A DNA stretch of 64,000 bases, from positions 31,345 through 95,344 of the forward strand of contig JBBDYB010000005.1 of the NCBI GenBank assembly GCA_040901965.1. The letters run 5' to 3'. This stretch comes from Gemmatimonadales bacterium (GTDB taxonomy: Bacteria; Gemmatimonadota; Gemmatimonadetes; Gemmatimonadales; GWC2-71-9). How positions within the stretch are numbered: the first letter of the stretch is position 1; every line of letters starts with the position of its first letter. Below the pieces are notes generated by a model, which was not told the origin of the DNA, searched no databases, and saw only the letters and a list, made by a program, of their open reading frames with translations. This document shows positions 10,942 through 22,100 of the stretch, piece by piece. A program made the position numbers and the translations under genes.

Positions 10942-12581
10942 ACACGCGCCTGGCATTGAAGCTGGACAGCAATGAGGGTCCGCTTCCCCCGCCCGCTCTG
11001 CTCGCGGCGTTGGCGTCCCTCGACCTGGAGGCGCTGCGCCGCTATCCCGACGTGTCGACGCTCGAGGCTACGCTCGCCTCCCGGGTCGGCGTCGCTCCCA
11101 ACCGCGTGATCGTCACCGCCGGCGCGGACGACGCGATCGACCGCGTGTGCCGGGCCTATCTCGGTGCCGGTCGCACGATGCTCCTCGCGGAGCCGACCTT
11201 CGAGATGTTCGATCACTTTGCAAAGCTCTCGGGAGCGGCCACGCTCGTGCGCGTCCCGTGGCCTTGCGGCGAGTTCCCTCTCGCGGCGTTTCTCGACCGG
11301 CTCGAGGAGCAACCGGCCGTGATCGCCGTCGTGTCGCCCAACAACCCCACCGGAGCCACAGCGACCGCCGCCGACGTCCGGCGCCTGGCCGAAGCCGCTC
11401 CCGGCGCCCTCGTGTTGCTCGACCATGTGTACGTCGAGTACGCGGACGAAGACGTCACGCCCGCCGTAATCGACCTTCCCAACGTCGTCGTCCTGCGCAC
11501 CCTCTCCAAAGCCTGGGGGCTCGCCGGATGCCGGATTGGCTACGCGATTGCGAGCCCCGACGTCATAGCGACCTTGCGGATCTCAGGCGCGCCCTACCCC
11601 GTCGCCGCTCCGTCGGTCGCAGTCGCGCTGCGGCAGCTCGCCGACGGCGACGAGGCGTTGCGCGTACACGTCGCGTGTGTGCGAGAGGAACGGAGCGCAT
11701 TGTGCGCTCGTCTGACGGCGTTGGGACTCGAGCCGCTTCCCTCTCAGTCAAACTTCATTCTGGCCGAATGCGGCGAGCTCGCACCGTTCCTCACCGCCGC
11801 CCTCGCGGCGCTCGGCGTCTTCGTGCGGGCGTTTCCAAACCGACCCGGCCTGACCAGCGCACTGCGCATCACTCTGCCGGGAAACGCTGCCGCCTTTGAG
11901 CGCCTTGTGGCGGCCTTCGAAACCGCCCTCGCCCCTGAAGCGCTTCTCTTCGACTTGGACGGTGTGCTCGCCGACGTACAGCACTCTCAGCGAGCCGCGA
12001 TCGCCGCAACGGCCGGCGCCTTCGGCGTAGCCGTCACGTCCACACAGGTCGCGGCGGCAATCCGGACCGGCGACGCGGCGAACGACTGGCTGGTCACCCG
12101 GCGATTGATCGAAGCTGGTGGATGCAGTGCCTCATTCGACGATGTGACGGAGCGGTATCAATCGCTGTATCTGAGTTTACGTGAGCAAGAACGCCTCATC
12201 CCGCCCAGCTCATTGTTGGATCGTCTCGCCGCCGGCCGACCGTTGGCGCTCGTCACCGGTAGGCCACGCGCCGAGGCACAGTGGTTCCTGGATCGCGCGG
12301 GCGTCGCGTCGCTCTTCGGCACCGTGGTCGCGATGGAGGATGCGCGTCCCAAGCCCGACCCGGCGCCCGTGCGGCTCGCACTCGAGCGCCTCGGCGTCCG
12401 CCGCGCTTGGATGATCGGCGATACGCCCGACGACGTCCGCGGCGCGGCGCAAGCGGGTGTGCTTCCCCTCGGCGTTGTCGCACCTGGCGACGACGCATCG
12501 TTGGCCGGCGCGGCACTGCGGGACGCCGGTGCCGCTCGCGTGCTCGACCGGCTTTCCGATCTCCTGGAGCTCTTGCCATGA
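10938..12581 (+). CDS. hisC: histidinol-phosphate aminotransferase fused to C-terminal HAD-superfamily phosphatase domain
   Basis: ATGA overlap with hisG. HisC motifs 'LDSNEGP', 'SPNNPTG', '[16 protein letters not shown]'. From ~11935, HAD motifs '[10 protein letters not shown]', 'LVTGR', 'KPDP', 'IGDTPDDV'. Confidence 0.85.
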   Translation: MNTRLALKLDSNEGPLPPPALLAALASLDLEALRRYPDVSTLEATLASRVGVAPNRVIVTAGADDAIDRVCRAYLGAGRTMLLAEPTFEMFDHFAKLSGAATLVRVPWPCGEFPLAAFLDRLEEQPAVIAVVSPNNPTGATATAADVRRLAEAAPGALVLLDHVYVEYADEDVTPAVIDLPNVVVLRTLSKAWGLAGCRIGYAIASPDVIATLRISGAPYPVAAPSVAVALRQLADGDEALRVHVACVREERSALCARLTALGLEPLPSQSNFILAECGELAPFLTAALAALGVFVRAFPNRPGLTSALRITLPGNAAAFERLVAAFETALAPEALLFDLDGVLADVQHSQRAAIAATAGAFGVAVTSTQVAAAIRTGDAANDWLVTRRLIEAGGCSASFDDVTERYQSLYLSLREQERLIPPSSLLDRLAAGRPLALVTGRPRAEAQWFLDRAGVASLFGTVVAMEDARPKPDPAPVRLALERLGVRRAWMIGDTPDDVRGAAQAGVLPLGVVAPGDDASLAGAALRDAGAARVLDRLSDLLELLP

Positions 12582-13180
12582 ACCGCGCTGCCGCTGTGGA
12601 GCGAGTCACCCGCGAGACCGCGATCAAAGTCAACCTCATCATCGATGGGACGGGCCGGGCCGAGGTGAGCACAGGCATTGGGTTCCTCGACCATCTCTTC
12701 GAGACCCTGGCTCGGCACGCCGGGTTTGACCTCACCATCGCATGCAAGGGCGACCTGCGCGTGGACGATCACCATACCGCCGAGGACTGCGCGCTCCGGT
12801 TCGGCGAAGCGCTCGACCGTGCCCTCGGCGAGCGTCGCGGAATCATGCGATTCGGATCGGGATTTGCGCCGCTCGACGAGGCGCTGGCGCGCGCGGTGGT
12901 TGATCTCTCGGGTCGCCCGTACGCCGCAGTGGACCTGGGTCTCGGTCGCGAGGTCATCGGCGGGCTCGCGTGTGAGAATGTGGCGCACGTTTTCCGTTCG
13001 CTCGCCACGGCCGCACGGCTCACCCTGCACGTCGACGTACTGCGAGGGGAGAACGATCACCACCGCGCGGAAGCCGCGTTCAAGGCCCTGGCTCTGGCGC
13101 TGCGCCAGGCTGTGGCCTGCTCCGGTGGCGACGATGTCCCGTCCACGAAGGGCACGCTGGGCGCTCCTCGCGATGTCTGA
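12578..13180 (+). CDS. hisB: imidazoleglycerol-phosphate dehydratase (monofunctional)
   Basis: ATGA overlap with hisC. Motifs '[16 protein letters not shown]', '[10 protein letters not shown]', '[14 protein letters not shown]'. Confidence 0.92.
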   Translation: MNRAAAVERVTRETAIKVNLIIDGTGRAEVSTGIGFLDHLFETLARHAGFDLTIACKGDLRVDDHHTAEDCALRFGEALDRALGERRGIMRFGSGFAPLDEALARAVVDLSGRPYAAVDLGLGREVIGGLACENVAHVFRSLATAARLTLHVDVLRGENDHHRAEAAFKALALALRQAVACSGGDDVPSTKGTLGAPRDV

Positions 13181-14564
13181 GATCGTCGTCGTCGAGACCG
13201 GCGTCGCAAACGTCGCGTCGATCGCGAACGCGTTCCTCCGGCTCGGGGTGCGCGTCACGCTGACAAACGATCCAGTAGTCGTGGGCCGGGCATCGCGCTT
13301 AGTCCTGCCGGGCGTCGGCGCGTTTGGTGCGGCCGCAGCCGAGCTGCGCGCCCGGGGGGGAGGCCTCGACGACGCCTTGCGCGAACGCATCGCGGACGGC
13401 GCGCCGCTGCTCGCTGTGTGTCTGGGCATGCAACTGCTGTGCGACGGCAGCGAGGAGGCGCCGGGCGTGCCGGGGCTCGGGATCGTACCGGGCATCTGTC
13501 GGCGCCTACCGGCGGGTGTGCGAGTTCCGCACCTCGGCTGGAACCGGGTTGACGCGAATCCTGCCGCTCGCTTCGTCACCACGGCTGAGGCGGCTTTTGC
13601 CAACTCCTACGCTCTGCGTGAAGCGCCGCCCGGGTGGACTGCATCGTGGACGAAGCACGGGGCGCCATTTGTGGCTGCGTTGGAGCGGGGCAACACGCTC
13701 GCCTGCCAGTTCCACCCAGAGTTGTCGGGAGCGTACGGAGAAGCTGTGCTGGCGCGGTGGCTGGGCCTGGGAAACGGTGTGGCGCGCACCGAACCGCCGG
13801 CGCGCGCGGCCGGTCTGCTGCGCCGGATCGTCCCCTGCCTCGATGTTCGCGACGGGCGGGTGGTGAAGGGCGTGAATTTCCAGGGGCTCCGCGACGTCGG
13901 CGATCCGGCTGAGCACGCGGCGCGCTACGAGGCGCAAGGCGCGGACGAAATCGTCATGCTCGATATCGCGGCCGCACCAGCGGGGCGAGACACACAGGTG
14001 GAGACCGTGCGGCGAGTACGGGAAGCCATTCGGATTCCGCTCACGGTCGGTGGGGGGGTCCGTAGCGTCGCCGACGCGCGGCGCCTGCTTGGCGCCGGCG
14101 CCGACAAAGTGAGCGTCAACACCGCTTCGGTCCGGCGTCCGCACCTCCTCAGTGAGCTGGCCGACGCATTCGGCCGGCAGTGCGTCGTCCTCGCGATCGA
14201 TGCGAGACGCCGCGACCAGGAATGGGAGGCACTCGTCGTGGGCGGTCGGTCCGCCGGCGGACGCGACGCAGTCGGTTGGGCATCCGAAGGCGAGGAACGT
14301 GGAGCCGGAGAAATTCTGCTCACGAGCTGGGACGCGGACGGAACCCGCAAGGGGCACGATCTCGGATTGCTGCGCGCCGTCGTCAGCGCCGTCCACGTGC
14401 CCGTGATCGCGTCTGGAGGGATCGGAACGCGGACCCACGTCGTCGAGGCGTTCGAAGCCGGTGCGGACGCCGTGCTGGCGGCGTCGGTGCTGCACGACGG
14501 CGTCGAGACGGTGGAGGGTATCAAATCGTACGCCGCCGCGTGCGGCATCGCGGTGCGGACGTGA
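13173..14564 (+). CDS. hisHF: imidazole glycerol phosphate synthase, fused HisH (glutaminase) and HisF (cyclase) domains
   Basis: HisH motifs 'LPGVGAFG', 'GVCLGMQLL', 'ACQFHPE'. Then in the same frame HisF motifs '[16 protein letters not shown]', 'DEIVMLDI', 'GGGVRS', 'ASGGIG'. There is no stop between them. Confidence 0.9.
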   Translation: MSEIVVVETGVANVASIANAFLRLGVRVTLTNDPVVVGRASRLVLPGVGAFGAAAAELRARGGGLDDALRERIADGAPLLAVCLGMQLLCDGSEEAPGVPGLGIVPGICRRLPAGVRVPHLGWNRVDANPAARFVTTAEAAFANSYALREAPPGWTASWTKHGAPFVAALERGNTLACQFHPELSGAYGEAVLARWLGLGNGVARTEPPARAAGLLRRIVPCLDVRDGRVVKGVNFQGLRDVGDPAEHAARYEAQGADEIVMLDIAAAPAGRDTQVETVRRVREAIRIPLTVGGGVRSVADARRLLGAGADKVSVNTASVRRPHLLSELADAFGRQCVVLAIDARRRDQEWEALVVGGRSAGGRDAVGWASEGEERGAGEILLTSWDADGTRKGHDLGLLRAVVSAVHVPVIASGGIGTRTHVVEAFEAGADAVLAASVLHDGVETVEGIKSYAAACGIAVRT

Positions 14565-15823
14565 TAATCCCGAGCATCGATATCATGAACGGACGAGCCG
14601 TCCAGCTGCGGCATGGACGGGAGCTCGTGCTCGATGGCGGAGACCCGCTGGAGCGGCTCGAGCAATTCGCCGTCGTGGGTGAAGTGGCGGTCGTGGATCT
14701 CGACGCCGCTCTCGGGCAAGGGTCCAACACGGCTCTGATCCAAACGATGGTACGGCGCGCGCCGTGCCGCGTCGGTGGCGGTATCCGCTCGTCGGACGCG
14801 GCCCGCGCGTGGCTGGACGCGGGCGCGAAAAAGGTCGTGCTCGGGACCGCCGCCAGCCCCGAGCTGTGCGGGCGGTTGCCGCGCGAACGCGTGATCGCGG
14901 CGGTGGACGCCGAGCGTGGTGACGTCGTGGTAGACGGGTGGCGAGCCAAGACCGGCGCCCACGTGCCTGAACGCATCGCCGTGCTAGCACCGTACGTGGG
15001 CGGGTTTCTGTTCACCCAGGTCGAGTACGAAGGAGCGATGGGTGGATTCGACTTGGATGCAGTTCGCAGCGCAATCGCGGCGGCCGGCGGAGCGCGCATC
15101 ACGGCTGCAGGCGGGATCATCACCGTAGATCATGTGGCGGCGCTCGACGCGCTCGGTGCGGATGCGCAGGTCGGCATGGCTCTGTACACGGAGCGCCTGC
15201 CTCTGGGCGAAGCGCTCTCGGCTTCGCTGGCCAAGCCGCTGGACGGCGGCGTATGGCCAACGGTGGTGTGCGACGAGCTCGGACGAACGTTGGGGCTCGT
15301 CTGGAGCACGCGAGAGTCGCTGGCCCGCGCAATCGGCGAGCGGCGGGGGATCTATTGGTCGCGATCGCGAAAGGTCGTCTGGGTGAAAGGCGAGACGTCA
15401 GGCAACACGCAGAAATTGGTGCGCGTCGAGCTCGACTGCGACCGCGACGCTCTGCGCTTCACGGTGCGTCAACAGGGTGATGGATTCTGCCATCTGCAAC
15501 GTCTTTCGTGCTGGCCGGACGGGTTCGACCTCGGCGTGCTGGAGCGCGTGATCCAGGCCCGCGCTAAAGGGGCGGGGGGGACCCCCGAATCGGGCACCGC
15601 CCGCCTGTTGGCCGACAGGACTCTGCTTGCCGCAAAGCTCAGCGAGGAGGCGGCCGAACTGGCCGCCGCGGAAACCGCGGCCGAGGCGGTCGGCGAAACG
15701 GCGGATCTATTCTATATGGGGCTGGTGGCGCTGGTGCGGTCCGGCGCGTCGCTCGCCGACGTACTGGCGGAGCTGGAGCGGCGACATGGCGCCGTGAGTC
15801 GCCGACCGATGGTCGCGAAATGA
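14561..15823 (+). CDS. hisA-hisIE: fused HisA (ProFAR isomerase), HisI (PR-AMP cyclohydrolase) and HisE (PR-ATP pyrophosphatase)
   Basis: GTGA overlap with hisHF. HisA motifs '[15 protein letters not shown]', 'VGGGIRS'. HisI motifs 'YWSRSRKVVWVKGETSGN', 'DCDRDAL'. The HisE-like helical C-terminus is 'EEAAELAAAE...ETADLFYMGLV'. Confidence 0.88.
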   Translation: MIIPSIDIMNGRAVQLRHGRELVLDGGDPLERLEQFAVVGEVAVVDLDAALGQGSNTALIQTMVRRAPCRVGGGIRSSDAARAWLDAGAKKVVLGTAASPELCGRLPRERVIAAVDAERGDVVVDGWRAKTGAHVPERIAVLAPYVGGFLFTQVEYEGAMGGFDLDAVRSAIAAAGGARITAAGGIITVDHVAALDALGADAQVGMALYTERLPLGEALSASLAKPLDGGVWPTVVCDELGRTLGLVWSTRESLARAIGERRGIYWSRSRKVVWVKGETSGNTQKLVRVELDCDRDALRFTVRQQGDGFCHLQRLSCWPDGFDLGVLERVIQARAKGAGGTPESGTARLLADRTLLAAKLSEEAAELAAAETAAEAVGETADLFYMGLVALVRSGASLADVLAELERRHGAVSRRPMVAK

Positions 15824-17115
15824 CGCCTCTGTTACCGCCTCGCACAGTCGATGAGATCACCCGGCCGCGTCCTACAGTGCCGACGGAAGCGCTGACAGCC
15901 GCTGCCCAAATCGTCGCAGCCGTGCGTCGAGGGGGCGAGCCCGCGGTGCGCGAGCAGGCGGAGCGGTTCGGTGAGCTTCAGCCGGGCGAGCCGATCGTGA
16001 TCCAGCGCCCGGCACTCGAGCAGGCTCTGCGCGGGCTGAATCAGGCGGATCGAGACCGGCTCGAACGGGTCGCGGGCCGCATCCGCACGTTCGCGGAAGC
16101 GCAGCGGCGCACCCTCAGTGAATTGACGGTCGCGATTCCCGGCGGGAAGGCGGGACACACCGTTGCCCCTGTCGAGCGCGTGGGATGCTACGCGCCGGGC
16201 GGGCGGTATTCCCTTCCATCATCTGTCCTGATGACCGCGGTGACCGCACGGGCCGCAGGGGTGCGCGAGGTGTGGGTTGCGAGCCCGAAGCCCACGCCGC
16301 TGGTGCTCGCGGCAGCCGCCGTCGCCGGTGCTGATGGCTTTCTGCGCGTAGGGGGGGCGCAAGCGATCGCGGCGCTCGCGTATGGGGCGGGTCCCGTTCC
16401 CCCCTGCGATGTGGTCGTAGGTCCCGGCAATCATTACGTCACCGCGGCCAAGCAGCTCGTCGCCGGCGCCGTTGGCATCGATCTCCTCGCGGGGCCATCC
16501 GAGCTTGTCGTCTTCGCCGACGCGAGCGCCGATCCCTCCCTCGTCGCTGCCGATCTCCTCGCGCAAGCCGAGCACGACCCCTGCGCGCTTCCTGTACTCG
16601 TGTCGGTCGGTACGTCGCTTGCAGCGCAGGTCGAGATCGAGATCCGCCGACAGCTGTCCGACCTGCCAACGGCCGGCATCGCGCGGGCCGCACTCGCCCA
16701 TGGCGGCGTGATCACGGTGAATACAATCGACGACGGCATTGCGGCGTGCGATACGATCGCGCCAGAGCACCTGCAACTGCACCTCTCCGACGCGCAGGCC
16801 GTCGCCTCTCGGCTCGAGCATTACGGGGCGCTGTTCATCGGAGCGGAGGCGGGCGAGGTGTTGGGCGACTATGGCGCCGGGCCCAACCACGTACTGCCAA
16901 CGAGCGGCACGGCGCGGTGGACTGGTGGCTTGTCAGTGCTGACGTTCTTACGCGTGCGTACGTGGTTGCGGATAGCTGACCCCTCGGCAGCCCGTGAGCT
17001 GACGGAGGACGCCGCCTGGTTTGGTCGCGCGGAAGGGCTCGAAGGACATCGTAGATCTGCTCAACGGCGCCTCCCGGAATTCCCCTCCAAGCCCGAACAG
17101 TTGATTACCCGGTAA
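15820..17115 (+). CDS. hisD: histidinol dehydrogenase
   Basis: ATGA overlap with the upstream gene. Motifs 'GPSELVVFAD', 'LLAQAEHD', 'APEHLQL', 'GDYGAGPNHVLPT'. Confidence 0.93.
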   Translation: MTPLLPPRTVDEITRPRPTVPTEALTAAAQIVAAVRRGGEPAVREQAERFGELQPGEPIVIQRPALEQALRGLNQADRDRLERVAGRIRTFAEAQRRTLSELTVAIPGGKAGHTVAPVERVGCYAPGGRYSLPSSVLMTAVTARAAGVREVWVASPKPTPLVLAAAAVAGADGFLRVGGAQAIAALAYGAGPVPPCDVVVGPGNHYVTAAKQLVAGAVGIDLLAGPSELVVFADASADPSLVAADLLAQAEHDPCALPVLVSVGTSLAAQVEIEIRRQLSDLPTAGIARAALAHGGVITVNTIDDGIAACDTIAPEHLQLHLSDAQAVASRLEHYGALFIGAEAGEVLGDYGAGPNHVLPTSGTARWTGGLSVLTFLRVRTWLRIADPSAARELTEDAAWFGRAEGLEGHRRSAQRRLPEFPSKPEQLITR

Positions 17116-17154
17116 GGTAAACAGGCCCTTCCCTCCCGGAGGCTCAACCCCGGG

Positions 17155-17580
17155 TCATTGAATCCGGGTGTGCACCTCGATCACGGCGCCGGTTTGGCGG
17201 GGGCCGAAGCGAAGCGTGGCATCCGCGGCGCTGAGGTACGTGATCCCCACGACGTTGCCCGCCGGGATGTTGCGGAGCGCTGCGGCGTTCCCGAACGCCA
17301 CGCCGTCAACGTACACCGTCACTTCGCCCGACGCCCGATTGCGCGGGTTCGTCGGCCCGCGGCGCCGCAGCCAGTTGGGCCGAAGCCGCTGGACGATGTC
17401 GTACGCATCGGAGGCGTCGAAGCGCCGGATGTCTTCCTCGATCAGGACGTTGGACGAGCGGGCGCGGGGTCGCTCCCGATTCTCCGAGGGCGTTGAATCC
17501 GCCCGTTCCTGCGCCGCAAGTCCGGCCGGGCCGAGGACACCAACGACTCCAGCGGCAAACAGATAGAGGAGACGTCGCAT
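17155..17580 (-). CDS. small secreted protein with TonB-dependent-receptor plug-like domain
   Basis: The internal ATG at 17580 gives the signal peptide 'MRRLLYLFAAGVVGVLGPAGLAAQ'. 'VTVYVDGVAFG...GAVIEVHTR' resembles plug-domain motifs. It overlaps the upstream gene by 1 nt. Confidence 0.6.
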   Translation of the reverse strand: MRRLLYLFAAGVVGVLGPAGLAAQERADSTPSENRERPRARSSNVLIEEDIRRFDASDAYDIVQRLRPNWLRRRGPTNPRNRASGEVTVYVDGVAFGNAAALRNIPAGNVVGITYLSAADATLRFGPRQTGAVIEVHTRIQ

Positions 17581-18266
17581 CACAGCGTCCGCTCCCACCA
17601 CCGGAACCGCTGCGGCTCGAGCTTGGCGAGCCGGTGGAGATTGCGCGCGAAGCGCCCCACGAACAGCGCCACCATCCCGGCGAGCAGGATCGCGAGCGTC
17701 CAATTCGCGATGACGCTCACCGGCACCGGCAGCGGCGACGGCATGCCGGCGGTGAGCACGGCCGCGGTGTTCAGCAGAATGAGAATAAGCCGTACCTCGG
17801 TGGGGCCCACCCGGCCGTAGGAAATCTTGAACACGCCAAACACAGTGGACTCGAGATAGACGTTGATGGACATCGCCAGATACACGACGACGATGCCCAG
17901 GGCGAGGCCGAGGTAGACATACGGCGAGAGCCCGATGCCCAGCCCGATCACGGCGGTCGAGAAGGCGTCCACGACGTGGTCCAGATAGTAGCCGTACTTG
18001 GGCCGCTGCGTCCCGCGTACCCGGGCCAGCGTCCCATCGAGGCTGTCGCCCAGCCAGTTTACCACCAGCATCAGGCTCGCCACCCACAGCCAGGCGGGAT
18101 GGTAGTTGGAGAGGGCATAGGCGGCACCCGCGCCCGCCGCGCCCACCATGCCCAGCGCGGTGAGGTGGTTCGAGCGGATCATGCGCGGCACGCGCGCCGC
18201 CAGCGCGTGTAGCACCCGGCGCTCGGGCCCGGCGAGCAGAAACTCCATTTCACGCGTACCGGTCAT
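17580..18266 (-). CDS. CDP-alcohol phosphatidyltransferase family protein
   Basis: Signature 'GDSLDGTLARVRGTQRPKYGYYLDHVVD' (DGx2ARx8Gx3Dx3D). It has multiple TM helices. Confidence 0.85.
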   Translation of the reverse strand: MTGTREMEFLLAGPERRVLHALAARVPRMIRSNHLTALGMVGAAGAGAAYALSNYHPAWLWVASLMLVVNWLGDSLDGTLARVRGTQRPKYGYYLDHVVDAFSTAVIGLGIGLSPYVYLGLALGIVVVYLAMSINVYLESTVFGVFKISYGRVGPTEVRLILILLNTAAVLTAGMPSPLPVPVSVIANWTLAILLAGMVALFVGRFARNLHRLAKLEPQRFRWWERTL

Positions 18267-18362
18267 TCACGATCCCCTGGCAGTTGTCTAAGTATTGTCA
18301 TTTCCGCGCATCCGGAGCAAGGGGGATTTGACGGCGCGCGTTCGCGGTGCCAAGCTAGCGGC

Positions 18363-18797
18363 ATGCGAGTCCTTCTGTCCTGCGTAACCGCCTGTGTCGT
18401 CCTCGCCGCCTGTCAGGCGGGCACCGAGGCCAACACCGTGGACGTGAGCGGCCGCTGGGCTTGGACCGAGACGCTCGAGGACCGCGTCCACGGCTTCAGC
18501 TGCTCCGACACCGGCACCTACGACATCTCGCAAGTGGGCGACCGCTTCATGGGCACCTACGGGCAAAGCGGCGTCTGCAGCACGCCGACCGGGCCCGTAA
18601 ACAATGCCGATTCTGGAACCGTGGACGCCGGCCGGGTCGTCGGCCACACGTTCAGTTTTATGGTCACCGCCAACTGCGAGTACGATGGCGCCGCGAGCGG
18701 CATGCCGCCGAGCCAGTTGACCGGCCGTGGCACGTGCGTGCTGCACGACGGCAGCCGCCGGATCACGCTCACGGGGGCCTGGAAAGCGACGCGATAG
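18363..18797 (+). CDS. hypothetical lipoprotein
   Basis: Signal peptide with lipobox 'VVLAAC'. GC3-biased coding. No family recognised. Confidence 0.6.
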   Translation: MRVLLSCVTACVVLAACQAGTEANTVDVSGRWAWTETLEDRVHGFSCSDTGTYDISQVGDRFMGTYGQSGVCSTPTGPVNNADSGTVDAGRVVGHTFSFMVTANCEYDGAASGMPPSQLTGRGTCVLHDGSRRITLTGAWKATR

Positions 18798-18865
18798 TTT
18801 CCCCGCAGGACCTGTCGAATTCGTGGAGTCCCGTTCGTCGTGTGAGTGGAGCGGAAGGGATGCGA

Positions 18866-18948
18866 CGGAGGGCACAGGATTCGAACCTGTAAGGGCTTGC
18901 GCCCGCCGGTTTTCAAGACCGGTGCCTTAGCCATTCGGCCAGCCCTCC
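18866..18948 (-). tRNA. tRNA-Ser (anticodon UGA)
   Basis: The reverse complement has acceptor GGAGGGC/GCCCTCC and anticodon stem-loop CCGGT-CTTGAAA-ACCGG. The variable arm is GGGC-GCAA-GCCC. The T-arm is ACAGGTTCGAATCCTGT. Confidence 0.9.
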
Positions 18949-19196
18949 CAACGGTCCCTAATCTAACCGGCCTCCTCTGGACACACTCTTGCGACCGGCG
19001 CGGCTTCGGTATACGTTCGGGGCCGTTGTTTTGCGATTTCGCGACGGCCCATTCGATGTTAGGAACGTGTAACCGTGGAACTGACACGTCGTAATCTCTG
19101 TTACGTTGAGGATTGCTCGGAACATCAGCCCCTCGGGTTGCGTAGGTCCTGCCAGCCCTCTGCGGCGCGTTCACGGTCCAGAAACGAAATGGCCCA

Positions 19197-22100
19197 ATGA
19201 AACTCTCTGACATCTCCATCCGGCGGCCCGTGCTCGCCAGCATGATGAGCGCCGCGCTGGTCCTGTTCGGGGTGATCGGCTATCGGCTCCTTTCCGTGCG
19301 CGAGTTTCCGGACATCGACCCACCGGTCGTCTCGGTGACGACGGTGCTCCCGGGCGCCAATCCGCGGGTCGTGGAATCGGCCGTGACCGATATCCTCGAG
19401 GAGGAGCTCTCCACCATCCCCGGGCTGCGGACGCTGACGAGCTCCAGCGCCGAGCAGGTCTCGAGCATCACGCTGGAATTCCATCTCTCGCGCAAGGTGG
19501 AGGAGGCGGCGCAGGACGTCCGGGACAAGGTCTCGCGCGCGCGCGGGCGACTGCCGGAGGACATCCAGGAGCCGGTCGTCGCGAAGCAAGAAGCGGATGC
19601 CTTCCCGTTCTATTGGCTGGCGCTGCGGGCGCAGAATTACGACTTGCTGCAGCTCTCGGACATCGGCGACCGCGTCGTCAAGACGCGGCTGCAGAGCCTG
19701 CCGGGCGTCGGGCAGGCGCTGATTTTCGGCGAGCGCCGCTTCTCGATGCGGGTGTGGTTGTCGTCCGCCCAGCTCTCGGCTCGCGGCCTGACCGTGCAGG
19801 ACGTGGAGAGCGCGATTCGCGCGCGCAACGTCGAGATCCCGGCGGGGCGCATCGAGTCGGTGCGGCGCGAGTTCACCGTGCGCTCGCTCGGCGAGCTCAA
19901 GACCCCCCAGGAGTTCGGGGAGCTGACGGTCGCGAATCAGAACGGCCGGCTCGTGAAGCTCAAGGATCTCGCCCGCGTCGAGCTGGGAGCCGAGGATGAG
20001 CGCAGTGTGTTGCGCTACAAGGGCGTGCCCGCCGTCGCGGTGGGCGTGGTGCGCCAGTCGAAGGCCAACCTGATCGAGGTCGCGGACGCGATTCGCGGCG
20101 AGCTACCGGCGATCCAGCGGGACCTGCCGCCCGGCGTGGAGCTCATCTCCGCGTTCGACCAGTCGGTGTTCGTGACGCGGTCCATCGAGGAAGCGCAGGA
20201 GACGCTGGTGATCGCGGCGATCCTCGTGATCCTGATCATCTTCGTCTTCCTGCGGAACATCCGGGCGACGATCATCCCGGGGCTCGCGATCCCGGCGTCC
20301 ATCGTGACGACGTTTGCGGTGATGTACTTCCTCGGCTTCTCGATCAACAATCTGACGCTGCTGGCGCTGATCCTCGCGATCGGCATCGTGGTGGACGATG
20401 CGATCATCGTGCTCGAGAACGCCTACCGCCATCAGGAAGAGCTCGGGGAAGACCCGGAAACGGCGGCGATCAACGGCACGCGCGAAATCGCGTTCGCGGT
20501 GATCGCGACGACGATCTCGCTCGTGGCGGTATTCACGCCGCTCGCATTCCTCCAGGGGAACACGGGCCGCCTGTTCAACGAGTTCGGCATCGCGGTCGCG
20601 GGTGCGGTGGTGATCTCGGGGTTCGTGGCGCTGACGCTCACGCCCATGCTGTCCGCCAAGATCCTGCGCGTGCCGAAGCAGCACGGCCGGGTCTTCAAGA
20701 CGCTGGAGCGTGGATTCGAAGCACTGGCGAGCCGGTATGGGCGCGGGCTGCGCGGGGCGCTTGGGCAGCGGATGATCGTCTTCTTCGTGGCCCTGGTCAC
20801 CATCCGGCTGGCCGTCTCGCTCTTTCAGCACCAGCTCAAGCGCGAGTTCATTCCGGCCGAAGACCGCGGCTATTTCATCACGTTCGTCATCGCGCCCGAA
20901 GGGGCGTCGCTGCAGTACACCGATGAGTACCAGCGCCGCGTCGAGGAAATCATCGGGCGGACGAAGGACGTCGAGGGCTACTTCAGCATCATCGGATTCC
21001 GGGGTGTGAATTTCGGCGTGATCTTCACGCGCCTCACCGACTGGAGCGAGCGCAGCCGCGGCGTGCAGGCCGTCATCGACGAGGTGCAGCCGCAGTTCTT
21101 CATGATCCCGGGCATCTTCGCGTTCGCGCAAAATCCGCCTGCCATCGGCGGGGGATTCAGCGGCCAGGTGCAGTTCGTGGTGCAGAATCCCGACTTCGAC
21201 AAGCTCCAGGCGGCGCTGGGCGCGTTCTACGGGCGGGTCGGCCAAATCACGGGGCTGACGAACCTGCAAATCGACCTGAAGGTCAACAAGCCCGAGCTGA
21301 CGGTGCGGTTCGACCGCGACCGCGCCGAGGATCTCGGCGTGCCGGTGCGCGACGTCGCGGGCGCGCTGCAGACGCTGCTGGGCGGGCGCCGGGTCAGCAC
21401 GTTTACGCGCAACAACAAGCTCTACGACGTGATCGCGCGGCTGAATCCGGAGGAGCGCGCCACGCCCAGCGACATGACGGGGATCTATCTGCGCGGCAAG
21501 GACGGGCAGCTGGTACAGCTCTCGGCCATTGCGTCGGTGGACGAAGGCGTCGGTCCGCAGAGCCTGTTGCATTACAATCGCGTGCGCTCGTTTACGCTGT
21601 CGGGCAGCGTCGTGCCGCCCTTCACGTTGGGCGATGCGGCCGACTCGCTGCAGGCCGCCGCGGCGCAGGTGCTGCCTCCGGGGAGCACCACGGCGCTTGC
21701 CGGGGAATTGCGGGAGTTCGCCGAGAGCGGCTCAGCGCTGTTGTTCGTCTTCGTGCTCGCGATCGTCATCGTGTTCATGGTGCTCGCGTCACAGTTCGAG
21801 TCGCTGCTGCATCCGTTGACGGTGCTGCTCGCCGTGCCGCTCGCGGTGACGGGCGCGCTGCTCCTGCTCTGGATCGCGGGCTCGACGATCAACCTGTACA
21901 GTCAGATCGGGATGATCCTGCTCGTGGGTCTCGTGACCAAGAACTCGATTCTGCTCGTCGAATACGCGAATCAGCTCAAGGAGCGCGGTCTTTCGACCGT
22001 GGACGCCATGCTCGAGTCGGGCCGCATCCGGCTGCGGCCGATCCTCATGACGTCGGTCTGCACGGTCATGGGCGCGGTGCCGATCATGCTCGGCCTGGGC

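Noticed and set aside
18866-18948. Possibility that this long-variable-arm tRNA is tRNA-Sec, given that selA is in the window.
   Set aside because: The anticodon loop CTTGAAA gives anticodon UGA (Ser, reads UCA), not UCA. The acceptor stem is the normal 7 bp.
18950-19196. Short inverted repeats in the AT-richer region upstream of the RND operon, as a TetR-type operator.
   Set aside because: No regulator gene is adjacent. The repeats are short (5-6 bp arms) and several alternatives exist, so a site cannot be supported from sequence alone.
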